In this document: positions 1 through 13,339 of the stretch, piece after piece | Layout: each line of letters starts with the position of its first letter | Numbering within the stretch: position 1 is the first letter of the stretch | Made by a program: the position numbers and the translations under genes | Assembly: GCA_038087875.1 (NCBI GenBank) | Contig: JAXLNO010000455.1 | Span: 124,001 to 187,643, forward strand | Source of the DNA: Malacoraja senta | Taxonomy: Eukaryota | Direction of reading: 5' to 3' | Length of the DNA: 63,643 nucleotides | Notes under the pieces: generated by a model | Databases searched by the model: none | Told to the model about the DNA's origin: nothing | The model's input: the letters and a program-made list of their open reading frames with translations, nothing else

Positions 1-436
1 GGAGTCAGAAATAACCGGCCGGTCAGTTTTTTTGTCTTTATTTGCCTCCAGTCCGCTGCTGTTGGTCAGGCTGCGCTAGCGGTACTGGGCTCGGCTCGGT
101 CTCAATGAGGGTGTGCCGCAGCATATGCGGTCCAGGTGCCGCCTCTCGCCCCCCACTGATGGGACACTCCCGTTCTGTTGGAGTCGAACGGGGGGCGGTC
201 TTTTTCCCTTGCCGTGCTCTGTTCAGTTTCCCCAGCTTCTTGCCTGGAATTGACAAAGCAGAGCAAAGATTCTTGAATACGACCTCAGAGTAAGTACTTA
301 CCTGATGGTCCGTTTAAACTTGTAGCGGGAGCGCCCGTACTCCCGTTCGTCGCTGTTGCACTGCGTGAACGCTAATATCGCGCATGCGTGCTGATCAGGC
401 TCTTCACGTAGTCACTCACGTGACTCCGAAGTAAAA
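1..436 (-). mobile_element. DIRS-like tyrosine-recombinase retrotransposon, terminal fragment (runs off window start)
   Basis: Ends in TCACGTAGTCACTCACGTGACTCCGAAGTAAAAT, a terminus I associate with fish/chondrichthyan DIRS elements; CpG-rich; no catalytic ORF visible. Confidence 0.5.
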
Positions 437-998
437 TCAAACATTTAGAACAACTCAAAGAAACGTTATTGATTATAGTATAATAACTGGAAAAAAATGA
501 ATACCAAAATTTTGGAAAGGTCCTATAACCCCCACAATTAAAATGTGGATTATAGAAATGTCGGAGACCTTACATTTGGAAAGAATTAGACTTGTCCTAT
601 TGGACAAACAAGAATTATTTATCAGAACATGTTCTCCATTTATTGCTTATTTGAAGGGTCAGAATGGTTCAACACGAGAACCTGACTAAAACTCGAGCCA
701 AGGATTAGATGAAAAGTTATACTTTGAAATGTACGAATATATCTCTGATGAAGTATTTTTAGTAAGTTATTCCATTCTTCTTTATTATCTCTTTCTTTTT
801 TTTTCTCTTTGTCTTTTTATTCTTTTCTTTCTTTCTGCTACTCTCTTATTTTCTATCTATATTAAAAAAAAAACTATTGGAGACAACACGAATAATGTTT
901 GATAATATTAGTAATGTAGAAATGAAATACATGTAATGATTTCAATATGATATGTATTTGCCTCCAATAAAAATATAATTCAAAAAAAATAAAATAAA
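437..998 (+). mobile_element. L1-clade LINE 3' fragment (ORF2 C-terminus, 3' UTR, A-rich tail)
   Basis: Encodes a degenerate version of ..IDYSIITG..FWKGPITPTIKMW..KGQNGS..EPD*, the same family as the element at 17263-20894; AATAAA then an A-rich tail. Confidence 0.85.
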
Positions 999-2040
999 CA
1001 AGGAGCTGTTTTTGCAAAAATTAAGCACAATGATAAAGATATCTGTAACATAAAATGGAAGTAAAACTTCTACCCGTTGACCCAGATATAAAAATATTGT
1101 TATTTGTGGGCAGTTAGCTGGGAACATGTGCAACCAATGACTGCTGTCTGCATAGGTTCTTTTTCTCAATTATATAAAGCCATATAGCATTACATCTGAC
1201 CTAGTTTAGAGACTAACCAGAAAGGGCAATTTATCTTGTAAAACATATATTTTTTTAATATTGTAGAACATATATTTACATCGCAGAAACAGGCCCTTTT
1301 GTCCCACTGTGTCTACACCAACCATGATGTCAACCTAACTCATCCCATCTGACTGGACATGGTCTACATCCCTCTACTCCCTGTCTGTACATGTATCTGT
1401 CCAAATGCCTTTTAAAGATTACTATTGTATCTGCTTCCACCACCTCCCCTGACAACACACCTACAGCTGTGCAAGAAAAACTTGCCTCACACATCTCCTT
1501 TAAACATCCCCCCTCTCACCTTCACTCTATGCCCTGGTGTATTTGACATTTTCACCCTGGGGAAAGACTGCCTACTCTATCTATATATCTCTCATAATTT
1601 TATATACTTCTATCAGGTCTCGTCTCAGCCTCTGACGCTCCAGCAAAAACATTCCGTTTGTCCAACCTCCACTATAGCTAATATTCTATTCTAACATTCT
1701 GTCTAATCCAGGCAGCATCCAGGTCATTCTGCAGATGGCTGAAACCTAAAGTAGATCTTCAGCTTTCTACACAATTCCAATTGTCCAATGAGAAGAACCA
1801 AGCTTCTATCCACATTTCAAACCATGAGCTTGTCTTCTTTTCTTGCACTTCTACAGGTGTTTAAGATTTCATTCGTCTGCCACTAGTTGCATTTCCACCG
1901 ATCCAGCTGGTATCGACATTCATCTCAAATATCTCCTGGTCTCCAGTCTATCTATTATGTTCTCACTTTCTCTGCAACGTAAACTTTGCTTCACGGAATA
2001 AAACTGGCCAACCAACAGAAGATGGGAGCAATTAAATCAG

Positions 2041-2235
2041 GGCAGCACAGTGACGGATCGGTAAACCTCCTGCCTGACAGCACCAGAGACTTGGGTTTGA
2101 TCCTGACTACGGGTGCTGTCTGTACGGAGTTTGTACATTCTCCCTGTGACTGCATGGGTTTTCTCCTGGTGCTCTGGTATCCTCCCACACTCCAGAGATG
2201 TACAGGTTTGTAGGTTAATTGTAAGTTGTAAAATT
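2041..2235 (+). mobile_element. tRNA-derived HE1/V-SINE-like SINE (representative copy; others near 8496, 9270, 11271, 12060(-), 25040(-), 25410, 28128, 39200(-), 42271(-))
   Basis: tRNA-like head followed by the shared core GGGTGCTGTCTGTACGGAGTTTGTAC(A/G)TTCTCCC, repeated throughout the window; other copies end in (CTAAA)n. Confidence 0.8.
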
Positions 2236-3102
2236 GGCCAGAGGGCAGAATAAGACCCATCTTTTCTTCATACGCATTAAATGACTTGGAGTTCCAGATT
2301 TGCAGATGATACTGTGAACTGGGAATATTCATGGAATTGGAGGCAAATACAGAATTGGTTTTGAACAGCTGTAATTCAAATGTGAAATATTTCATTTTGG
2401 GAGGAGGGATAAGGCAATGTAAACTAGAGGGCACAATTCTAAAAGGAGTGAAGAAACAACAGTGTCTCTGGAATGGGTGACGTTTCGGGTCGAGACCCTT
2501 CATCAGACCTTCACATCCTTCTTACACACGTGGGTGATATATGTGCCTAGTTTACTGAAAGAAGGAAGTTTAGGATGTTGTTTAAAAACACCTGTACTTT
2601 ATAAATAACGGCTCAGGGTACAAGAGCAAAGAAGTGATGGGGAACTTTGTAAAACACAGGCTTGGCCACAGCTGGAGTAGTGCATCCAGTCCTGGCTGCC
2701 TTGCCCTCAGAAAGGCATGAAGCTTCGGAGAGAGTGCACAAGAGAGTAACCAATGTGTTTGCAGGGATGGTGGAGCAGTGGACAGAATGAAGATGGCCGA
2801 TGGTGCCCCAGGGCAAGGCCATCCCACCGATGGCTCGGCCTTTAAATGAGTTGTGGCTGGCGCAACATCAAGCAGTTACAAGTTAAATTAACATTCAGCA
2901 TTGTGAACCTCAGCAGCTCTGGAGAAACCTGTACTGTCAACATAGATCTGTACTTGCCTATTCAGGACATATTGCCCAGTGTGAAAGAGACCCCATTCCA
3001 CAGGAGCAAGTCAAACATGACTAAAGTGCCTGCCCACACAACACCCTTTCAGTCTGTTACATTCAGGGTTTTACTTGGCCCGGGCTTTTGCCTGATACTT
3101 AC

Positions 3103-3184
3103 CAGCAGATTCCAGTGCATAATCCACCAATCCAACCCTGTCAGCGCTGTATTTTAGTGCTTGCTCCACAATGCTTTTCACATC
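3103..3184 (-). CDS. SUN-like exon at the start of the SUN domain: DVKSIVEQALKYSADRVGLVDYALESA(G)
   Basis: gtag|GAT...GCTG|gtaagt; D(F/Y)ALES(G/A)G motif with a phase-1 end as in SUN1/2; appears one codon shorter than the human exon as I recall it. Confidence 0.92.
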
Positions 3185-3539
3185 CTACCAAAGGAAAAAA
3201 CAACAATAATCTGGGATAAGAAGGGGGCAGTAGAGTGCAGAGCCCACACACATACAGAAACCAGACGGGCAATGCTCCCTTCAACAGATCCCACAAAATG
3301 ATCCCTCTTATCCATTCCCATAATCTGGAATTAGCAAGGTCTAATAAAAGTGAGCGATGGAGAGCCCAAGTATACAGCATAGAAGGCAGCAGGATTATGT
3401 GATCAGGTCAATAATTATTACAGTACATTGTCATGGATAGGACAGGTTTGGAGGGATCTGGGGCAAACGCAGGCAGGTGGGACTAGTGTAGCTGGGACAT
3501 GTTGGCCGGTGGAGACTTATGCAATGTTCCATTCAGTTT

Positions 3540-4010
3540 GACATTGCCTTACTACCTGTCCTTCACAGAAAGGTTCCTGAAGAAAACTACCCGTGACCAC
3601 GTGATCAAGGTAGAACGAGCTACAGGCACTGTGGGAGAAGGACTCGATGGATCCCATCAGATGGCTCCCCAAGCAGACAGAGCAACTCACCAACAGTAGT
3701 GTGAGGAGCCCTCCCAGTCAGACCCTGCCTGCTCTGTCAGAAAAGCACCCCACTGCACGCTGCCATTGAGATGGTTGTGGTGTGGACAACATTCACCTCC
3801 TTATGCACTGGGTGTTTGACAGGAAGATCACAAGGAGAATGCAAGGGCTCTTGTCATGGTTCACCCTGAGCAGTTGTGCATTAGTGATCTATGAGCTGTT
3901 CACAGGGACACACAACAAGATCAATGGCAACTGCTGCTGGAAGATCATTATCTCAGCGGAAGACTCACTTTGGTCTGCCCAAACATTGATCTTCCTGCAT
4001 AAGATGTAGG
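3540..4010 (+). mobile_element. Degenerate Tx1/L1-clade ORF2 C-terminal fragment
   Basis: Translates to ..MQGLLSWF..IYELFTGTH..NCCWKIIISAEDSLWSAQTL, resembling Tx1 C-termini. Confidence 0.6.
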
Positions 4011-4272
4011 TAAATTAATTGCTGCCAACTGGCACATTCCAGGGTGTGAGAGTATGTGGTGTGAGGGACACACTGAAGCTCAGTGTAGTCACCGCAGAGG
4101 CTGTGGGGGAGTGGCCTTGGTCTAAGGTCCGGCCACCACTAGACACTGAGGGACTCTCAGACACTTCATGGGAGCACTGTTTAAGGATGTGGTGTTCATT
4201 GACACATTGCAAGTGAAAGTGCTGAATTGATGGAACGTAGAGCAAGACATGCCCCAATTTCATTACTAGATA

Positions 4273-5133
4273 TCTATATAATTAAAAGTCTCATCTTGAC
4301 CACTTCCTGTTTGCACTGCATATTGATTTTAGAAAAAATGCTACCACTTACGGTTGTGATTTTTAGTCTTCTTACTCAGAGTCCCCCTCCGCTGCACAGG
4401 GCAAGAGGATTTTTCCCATCGATGAAAAATAAAAGAGTTATTTGTGTTTAAAAAATGTTGAGATTCTCTCTCCTGTCAATCACTGCCATGAAGGCCACGC
4501 CCCTTCTGGTGGGAGGGGGAGGGACTATAAAACCCGGAACTGTGGGAGTGGCTCAGGGTCTGCAAGATGGGGGAGGGAGAGGTCACCTTGGTGGCCTTGT
4601 ACCCTGCTTGAAATGGTAACCATATAACCATAACAGCACGGAAACAGGCCATCTGGGCCCTAGGAACTGCTTTTCAATTTGGTGGCCTTGCACCCTGCTT
4701 GAAATGGTATGAAACTGCTTTTGAATTTGGTGGCCTTGCACCCTGCTTGAAATGGTAGGAAACTTCATTTGAATTTGGTGGCCTTGCTCTCTGCTTGAAA
4801 TGGTAGGAAACTTCATTTAAATTTGGTGGCCTGCACTCTGCTGGAAATGGAATTTAAAGGAATAGCCTCGAGTCAACTGCCAGTCCACCAGCCGTGAGTG
4901 AGTGAGCTGCCAGCACACCAGGCTTGAGTGACTGAGCTGCCAGCCCAATAATCCATTCGGCCCATAATGTCCATACTAGCCCTCTGGAAACCAGTCCCTT
5001 CAGCCCACAACACCCAGAAAGCCCCGCCCCCCACCGGCCACCAATATTGGAATTGGTGGAGAGGTGGAATGTTGCGTTGGGGGACCAGCACTCCCGTGTG
5101 AACATGGGACCCAACGGGTCCCACTTAGTCTAG
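4273..5133 (+). mobile_element. Non-autonomous Helitron
   Basis: 5' TC, 3' CTAG, inserted between A and T, subterminal hairpin GGGACCC-AAC-GGGTCCC, internal ~45-bp tandem repeats (4588-4850). Confidence 0.85.
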
Positions 5134-5211
5134 TATTATCAATAAATTACATTTCTGAAATACAATAGTGTGTTCCAGAGTTAGAGCCACCGGCTGCTTG
5201 CATGCTTGTAC

Positions 5212-5424
5212 CTTAATAATCCCTGCTCTGACAGCTGCCGAGTGTGTCTCCATTGCCGGACGAGGATAAAGTGAAGCATCTGAGAGGATCTTCTACTCCA
5301 AGCCAGCGAGGAGGGCCTCGAGTTCCTTGTGATGCACCAGCTGTGCTGTCAGTGGTTCCCCTGTGCTGTCTTGTGATGAACCGAAGAGCAGCATGTGGAC
5401 AAGTGGGAGCAACGCTGTCTCCTT
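5212..5424 (-). CDS. SUN-like exon KETALLPLVHMLLFGSSQDSTGEPLTAQLVHHKELEALLAGLE*KILSDASL..AGIIK (premature TAG at 5295-5293)
   Basis: 213 nt, phase 0-0; resembles SUN1 VKLLFSED..SQFVSKGDLQTMLRDLQLQIL. Confidence 0.8.
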
Positions 5425-8061
5425 CTAAACACACAAGAGCTGGATAGTCAGTGCTCCTCCTTGTAGACATTGAAATCAATGCAAAGCAGTATCTTTGTCA
5501 TCTTAAAAAATATATTATTTTACAATTGTTGATCCTTTGGCGAGGGAGACAAGGCAAGGGAATACATTATAGCTGAAAGGATACTGAACTGTGGTGGGGA
5601 ACAGAAAGATCTTGGAGAGCTTGTTGTGTAGGAAGGAAATGCAGATGCTGGTTTACACTGAAGATAGACACAAAATGCTGGAGTTACTCAGCAGACCAGG
5701 CAGCATCTAATGCTCCAGAGATGCTGTCCATCCCGCTGAGTTACTCCAGCATGTTGTGTCTATCTTGTTGTGGGATCTTTGAAGGTAGTGGGACAGTCAT
5801 CTTGGAACTGTGGAAAATGTTAGCTCAGCCGTACCTGTAACATTGTGTGGATTCTAGTTGCCGCCCTACAGGATTGATGGGAGTTCACTAGAGAGGCACA
5901 AGAAAGGTTTATGATATTGGCAGGACTGGAGAAGAAAGGTTGCAAAGAGAGAGTCGTCAGGAACTGCAGCAGGTAGATTGTTTGAGTGGTTATAATATTA
6001 TAGAAAAAAAGACAAAATGCTGGAGTAACTCAGCGGGACAGGCAGCATCTCTGGAGAGAAAGAATGGATCATGTTTCGGATTGAGACCCTTCTTCAGACG
6101 TCTCGACCCGAAATGTCATCCACCCCCCCTCCCCCAGAGATGCTGCCTGTCTCGCTGATGTCTATCTGCGGTGTAAACCAGCATCTGCAGTCCCTTCCTA
6201 CACATAAGGTGATGATATTCTGACTGGTCCATTCAGAGTAAACAAGGTAACCATCTTTACTGCACAAAGTTGGAAATGTCATTCAATTAGCACAAGGGTT
6301 TGATGCAATTAGTACAGTGGGCCAAGGGTTCACTGCCTGAATGGTTGTTGGAAGCAGAACTCACATTTACTGGGCACCTGGACCAGCAGTAGAAGAGGCT
6401 GTGAGTGAGATTCACCTGGCCTCCCAGCACGTAAAACAGAAGGTGGGAACTATAGGTCAATTGACAGGTACATGGATAGGACAGGTTTGGAGGGATATGG
6501 ACCAAACGCAGGCAGGTGGGACCAGTGTAGCTGGGACATGTTGGTGGGTGTGGGCGTTGGGCCGAAGGGTCTGTTTCCACACTGTATCACTATGATTCTA
6601 ATTCATCCAGCACTCATAGTTCACAAGAGGAAATAACTAATTATTTGGTAAGCTGCATCTAATCAAACATAGCCGACATGGTTTAATGAAAATCATGTGT
6701 GACAAAACTTGACAGGATGTGATAGGGAGTTGATAAGGGAAACCTGTAAATGTAGGAGGAAGGAACTGCAAATGCTGGTTTAAACCAAAGATAGACACAA
6801 TAAGCTGGAGTAACTTGGCGGCTCAGATAGCATCTCTGGAGAAAAGGACTTTTCTATTTGTTTTCTCCAGAGATGCTGTCTGACCCGCTGAGTTACTGCA
6901 GCTTTTAGTGTTTATCTCCTGTAAATGTAATGTGTATTTAGATCTCCAAAAGGCATTTGCCACATATGAGGGCAAATGTGCTAACATGGACTGAAAGGTG
7001 GCAGTCATACAGAAAAACAAGTTAGAATAAATGTGTGAAAACTGCAGATGGGATAAATCTGAAAAACAAAATGCTGGGAGCGCTCGGGTCAGGCTGCATC
7101 TGCAGCCAGAGAAACAGAATTCATGTTTCAAGTCAAAGACCCTTCGTCAGAACTGGGGAAGTGACAACAGAAACTTGTAAAGCTGCACAGGTGGGTGGAT
7201 GACTCTGATAGTGGCAAACTAGGTGACCATGGGGATAAGCTGCACACAAAGTTATCTGGTCAAGGAGTGAATAGGAGCGGTTAGGTGATAAGACAAATAG
7301 ACAAAAGATCGTAGCAGTTGCAAAATGCAGAGCAAGAAGACATGTCTAGGAAGGAATGGCAGATGCTGTTTAAACCGAAGATAGACAACGGAACAGGCTG
7401 CATCTCTGGAGAGAAGGAATGGGTGACGTTTCTGGTGGAGATGCTTTTCAGACAAGACATGTCTGGCAGGTCAGCATGGACATGCCCTCCACATTTGGAT
7501 AGAGATTTTAAAAAACAAGCCAACCCAATTATCACAAATGGACAACTGATACTAACAGAGGAATCAAGTTACCAAGATTATCAAATTCAGTTCAAGCCCA
7601 GAGGACTGCCATGAGCCCAAATGGAAGGTGAGATGCCATTCCTCAAGATTGCTTTGAGCCTCATTGCAACAGTGCAGGAAGTCACAGACTGTTCATTCAC
7701 TCCCACATCCAAGAGTCAGAATGAGATAACAGGAAGCTCAGGAGTGCCCCATGGATCGAACACAGGTGCTCCACAAAGTGGAAACCCAACGCCTGTTTGG
7801 TTTCTCCAACGTTGAGGACACCACATCGTGAACACAGGGAAAGGAGCAGAGGGGGAAAAGGAGAGACAGTGGGAGAAAGGGAAGAACACGGTAGAGAGGG
7901 AGGGGGAGAGTGGAAGTTGAGTGTTAAAGAAGGAAAGGGAAGAGGGCAAGATACTTTCCACACTTTCCTCTTCACCTCAATCTCTTTCATTATCTCTAAG
8001 GTGAGTTTTGCTAAGTTTTGGCCTTTTACAGTTAAATAAAAAACTATTTGGGAAAACTTAC

Positions 8062-8206
8062 ATCAGTCATGTTTTCCAAAGCTTGCATGCTGGAGTCCAT
8101 GTCCTTCTGTGCTGCACGTACAGCCTGCAGCTCCAGCCGTGTCTGGCTGAGCTGCTCCTCCAGCAACACCAGTGCAGTCAGTAGCTGCTTCTGTTCATCT
8201 GTCAAC
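8062..8206 (-). CDS. SUN-like coiled-coil exon LTDEQKQLLTALVLLEEQLSQTRLELQAVRAAQKDMDSSMQALENMTD
   Basis: ag|G..GAT|gtaagt, phase 2-0, heptad pattern. Confidence 0.85.
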
Positions 8207-8755
8207 CTATATTAATAATAATCAATATACATTTATTAGCCAAGTATGTATACATACAAGAACTTGCCTTGATGCTTTGCTTGCAAGGATAAAAACATGA
8301 TATACAATAGACAATTAAAAATAAGACATTATAATTTAAACATGTGGAAATAAATTACCAGATTAAAAGAGGCTACAGACTTTTGGCTGTTGAGTCGAGC
8401 TACTGCTTGTGGAAAAATACTGTTTTTATGTCTGTGTGGCCCAGACAAAACCTGTCCTATACAGGACAAAGCAAGCCATCAGGGTGCAGGAGCAGAGGCA
8501 GCACGGTGATGCAGAGTAGTGCTACGGCCTTACAGCGCCAGAGACCCGGGTTCAATCCTGACTACCGGTGTAAGAGTGATCGTTGGTCTGCACGGACTCG
8601 GTGGGCCGAAGGGCCTGTTTCCACGCTGTACCTCTAAACTAAAAGTGACGTTGACCTAAAAGCGACGTTGACGTTCACGCAGCAACCGATGAAGCCCAAC
8701 CCCCCCCCACCAAGGGTCAGCTGCTACTCCACTCCGGGCTGGAAACACTCTGTAC

Positions 8756-8799
8756 CTTTCCACAGCAGGTTCCATTTCCTTCACCTTCTGCAACAACAT
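8756..8799 (-). CDS. SUN-like exon MLLQKVKEMEPAVE(R)
   Basis: ctag|ATG..AAAG|gta, phase 0-2, fits both neighbours. Confidence 0.75.
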
Positions 8800-9847
8800 C
8801 TAGGTATAGAAATTTAAACAAAGTTTATATTCAAGTTTGGAGGCTTTTTAATTCTACTCGCAGCTGCTTATGTCACAACATACACGTCAAATTTACAAAT
8901 ATGTAATGCAGAAAAGTCACTTTTCCATACTTCATATTTCCTTATGACATAGGCCATTTCAGCCCATCAAATCAATGCCAGCTCTCAGAGAATCCCACTC
9001 CTTCACAAATTGTCCTTGAAACTAGTTCCTCACAAATTCCCATCAATTGTCCGCAGAATCCACCATTCAATTGAAAGCAAACTTCACTGAACTGGAGCAG
9101 CTTAACACCCAGAGGATGGGAAATGCAGGGAATTCTCTGCCCAAGTGGCTACGGAGACCAGTCCTTGAGACCAGTTCAACAGCGAGGTGACTGGCCTTGA
9201 TATTACAGAATTGAGAGTATGGTGTAAAATGGTGCCGAGATAAATGGTCTGACTGAGAGGTAGAGCAGCTGAGGGGCAGCGGTAGAGTTGCTGCCTCACA
9301 GCACCAGAGGCCCAGGTTTGATCCGGACTACGGGTACTATCTGTACGGAGTTTGTACGTTCTCCCCGTGACCTGCGTGGCTTTTCTGCAGGTGCTCCGGC
9401 TTCCACCCACACTCCAAAGACATACAGGTTTGTAGGCTAAATAGCTTAGTAAAATTGTACATTGTCCCTAGTGTGTGCAGGATAGTGGTAGTGTGTGTGG
9501 ATCGCTGGTCAGCGCAGACTTTCCACGCTGTATCTCTAAAACAAAACAAAAAAAGACTAAAAGCAGCCATTTCAGGCAGAATGTGAAGGAAAGCTTGCCA
9601 TGCTTGCCATGCTGTGCATCTTTTTAAGGAAGAGATAGATTATTGATTAGTATGGGTGTCAGGGGTTATGGGGAGAAGGCAGGGGAATGGGGTTGAGGGT
9701 AAGATAGGTCAGCCATGATTGAATGGCGCAGTAGACTTGATGAGCCGAATGGCCTCATTCAGCTCCTATCACTTATGAACCATGACTCTCTGTGCCCTCT
9801 CTACCCTTTCTCCCACACCAGCAGCAGCTCTCTCTCCCCGCACCCAC

Positions 9848-9925
9848 CTTAGTATTGCAACCAACTTCCCTTAACGCCGGCTCCGTCCGCTCCTCATGCA
9901 TCTGTTGGATGGCGGGGATGTCAGC
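9848..9925 (-). CDS. SUN-like exon ADIPAIQQMHEERTEPALREVGCNTK
   Basis: ttccag|GCT..AAG|gtgggt, 78 nt, phase 0-0. Confidence 0.75.
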
Positions 9926-11021
9926 CTGGAAGCAAACACACACAGCGTTACTCACCAGGGGCATGCACCCACCCACCCCTCCACCTCTGTCCAACACAGA
10001 GCCAGAGCCTTTGTAGAGAGAGAATACCAAATGTGTACAGATCCGTAGGTTAATTGGCCGCGGTAAATTGCCTCTTCCATGTCAGCAAGTGGAGAATCTG
10101 GGGGGGAGGGCGGATTGAAGACAATATGGAAAGAATAAAGTTCAGTTTAGTTTAGTTTATTGTCATGTGTACAGTGAAAAGCTTCTGTGGCATGCTATCC
10201 AGTCAGCAGAAAGACAATCCATGATTAGTAGGCCCCCTTTGGCCATGACTGACCATGGGTGATGCATCCTAGTTTGCAGGTGATGTGTGGTCGGATGCAA
10301 GCCTGGGCGTTGTCATATGGAGGACAGGCTGTTGCCCCATGCAGCACGTCCCCCCTCTCCACGTCACTGATCCATCCAAAGGAACAGCAGGGCCGTTACA
10401 GTTTGGCACCAGCGCCGTCGCAGGAGCTGCCAGAGCGAGGTTGTAGACAACAAAGAACTGCCTTCGGGGCTCCAACTCCGGAGCCTTTTGCAGTTTACTC
10501 CAGGAGCCTTTTGCATGACTGGATATGGCCACAAGGCAGTGGAGGTTTTAAATCAGAGTTTTCCCTCTCCTAGATGGACTGCCTTCCCAGGCTGACGAGC
10601 CCCATCTGCCCGAGATTACATGATTACAATCGGGGCATTTACAGTGTATAGATACATGATAAGAGAATAACGTTTAGTGCAAGGTAAAGATAGTAAAGTC
10701 CGATTAAATATACTCCAAGGTCACCAATGAGGTAGATCGTAGTTCAGGACTGCTCTCTAGTTGTGGTAAAATGATTCAGTCGCCAGATAACAAATGGATT
10801 AGATTAGTGCAAATGGGTGATCGATGGTCAGTGTGGACTCAGTGGGTCAAAGGGCCAGTTTTCATGCCATCTCTCTCAATGACTACTAGACAGGTTAAGC
10901 AACAGCTGGATTTCCTCCTGTGTCAATCACGGCTCTGCTCACCCCCCTACGGACAGACTCTACACATCACTGCCTGGCAGGAGTGGGGGAAGAGGCCAAT
11001 CTGCCAGCACTTGACACTCAC

Positions 11022-11231
11022 CTGCACCCTCTCCAGCGACTCGAAGGGCAGCATGTTCCGCAGCTCCTCCAGTGTCTGAAGGGTTACCTTACCCAGCAGC
11101 TTGATGACGTGGGCTGGTATCAGCGGGGGAGGGAGGCGTATGGTTTCAGACGGCTCACCGCCCCAGTCTAGCCAAGCCCGGAAGGCAGCGGTCAGCAGCT
11201 CCAGCTCCTTTTCCATTCTCTGCATTCGCAC
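11022..11231 (-). CDS. SUN-like luminal exon VRMQRMEKELELLTAAFRAWLDWGG..LEELRNMLPFESLERVQ
   Basis: ctgtag|GTG..CAG|gtgagt, 210 nt open, phase 0-0; part of ORF 10947..11231. Confidence 0.8.
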
Positions 11232-13197
11232 CTACAGGCCAGCCTAGGAACAGAGCAAGATGGTCAGCTTGGGCAGTATGGTGATGCAGTTGCTGCCTTA
11301 CAGCGCCGGAGACCCGAGTTTGATCCTGACTACAGATGCTGCCTGTATGAAGTTTGTACATTCTCCCCGTGACCTGCATGGGCTTTCTCCGAGATCTTTT
11401 GTTTCCTCCCACACTCCAATGATGTACTGGCTTGTAGATTAATTGGCTTAGTATTAATGTAAAATTGTCCCTAGTGTGTGTGGGATGATAGTGTTAGTGT
11501 GCGGGGATCGCTGGTCGGTGTGGACCCGGTAGGCCAAAAGGCCAATTCCTGCGCTGTATCTCTAAACTAAAGTCCATATCAACCTGACCCAGAATATAGC
11601 CATCGCCGCCCTTCAATGAGACCGTGCACCGCACGTTTATTGTCAAGGCCAGGTTCCACAACATGGAGGGGGGACACCTCCAACCTAACGCAGGCCAACT
11701 GCAGCCAACACAGGCAAACTCTCCATCCTGCAACCCCATCTCAACCCCCAACTCTCCACCCCATTCACTCTGCCCCCAACCCACCCCTTCTCCTCCACTT
11801 ATCTCACATCTCTCCTCTATTTTACCCTCAACTACTTTCTCCCCAGGGTGGAAATGTCAAAGACCAGAGGGTAGAGCTTGACGGGGGGGGGGTGTGTGTG
11901 TGCGCGTGTGCGTGTGTCTCTCTCTCTCTCTCCCCCCTCTCTCAGGTGCAGAATGAAACGCTGTCTTGTCCCTGGGTGGCAGCTCTGGCCAACACCTCCC
12001 AACCACAGCCACAAACCTGCAAGTCTCACTCTTCTTTCTGCCTGGGGATTGTGTGCAGTTTAGTTTCGTTTACAGATACAGCAAGGCAACAGGCCCTTTG
12101 CCCCACCGGGTCTTCACCGACCAGCGATCCCCCTGCACTAACACTGTCCCACACACACTAGGGACAATTTATACCCAGCCAATTCACCAACAAACCTGTA
12201 CGTTTTTGGAGTGTGGGAGGAAACCAAAGATCTGGGAGAAAACCCACGCAGAGAGAACGTACAAACTTCATTCAGACAGCAACCGTAATCAGGATTGATC
12301 CCGGGTCTCCGGTGCTGCAAGCGCTGTAAGGCAGTAACTCTACCACTATGCCACCGTGCTGCCCTTGATTCCACATTTACTGACCGGAGCAGACATCCAT
12401 ACCATGTGCGGTAACTGTCAAATGACAAAGATTATCCCGAGAATGCTTTGGATCTAAATAAGTATAAGTTGGGGCATGGATTTTTCTCACGAGGGAGGTG
12501 AGCTGGCCACACAGAAGCGGGCAGCTAACGAAGGGTGTGCAAACCACACACACGGGCGGGGAGCTCAAAGCTGCACAGCACGGCTCGTGTCGAGAAACCA
12601 GCTAGCAAGCTGTCAAAATGCACAGGAGGGAACTACAGATGCTGGTTTAAACCGGATAGACACAAAAACTGGAGTAACTCAGCGGGTCAAGTAGCATCTC
12701 CAGAGAGAAAGAATAGGTGTCGTTCCGGATCGAGAACTTCCAGAAATGTCACCTATTCCATTCTCCAGTGAATCTGCCTGACCTGCTGAGTTACTCCAGC
12801 ACTTAATGTCTAGCAAGTCTGTGCAATTATGCACAGTGGTCGGTTCAGTGGTGTTGTGAGCTTGGACGACTGCTCTATCTCTAAACTAAACTGAACCTGC
12901 AGAAATCAGTTAGGGCAGGCTGGAGTGGGATTCAGAGGGTGAATTCAAGGAGGTGCACTGCCCCTGCTGCCATCCTTGGGTACTCTCTCTATCCCAGGGT
13001 GGAAATCGCTATCAAAACATGGGGGTGGGGGCACAATTCCTTGGTGGCCAGGCGCATGCGCACACACACACACATTCGCGCACGCAAACACGCGTGGCTT
13101 TGGCCGTGGGCGCTGTGGACGGTAACATCGGGAGCTGACATGGTTGGTGACCGACTCCGAACTCCAGCAACAGCAGCTTCGTCTGTCCCGAATCGTG

Positions 13198-13339
13198 GGG
13201 CTTGAATCGGCCCGTTCGCGGGGCCTTTCATCGCCCGGCGGGGGCTTCAACATCGGGAGCCTCGATCGCCTCGATGCTGCAGATTGATCTTAAGCCGCAC
13301 CGGGCGATGAAAGACCCCATGAATCAGCCGATTCAGCCC
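13198..13339. repeat. Imperfect inverted repeat (~50-bp arms, ~40-bp spacer)
   Basis: GGGCTTGAATCGGCCCGTTCGCGGGGCCTTTCATCGCCCGG pairs with CCGGGCGATGAAAGACCCCATGAATCAGCCGATTCAGCCC. Confidence 0.75.

Noticed and set aside
2041..2115. tRNA gene
   Set aside because: tRNA-derived SINE head, degenerate and followed by SINE core sequence
2950..3022. MFDLLLWNG as the next SUN-domain exon (LFGIPLWY)
   Set aside because: Lacks the preceding TRCSETY motif, runs into a stop, and has no canonical donor
5213..5479. ORF-track 88-aa peptide MISMSTRR..
   Set aside because: Wrong frame; the SUN-like similarity and phase compatibility lie in the frame containing the TAG
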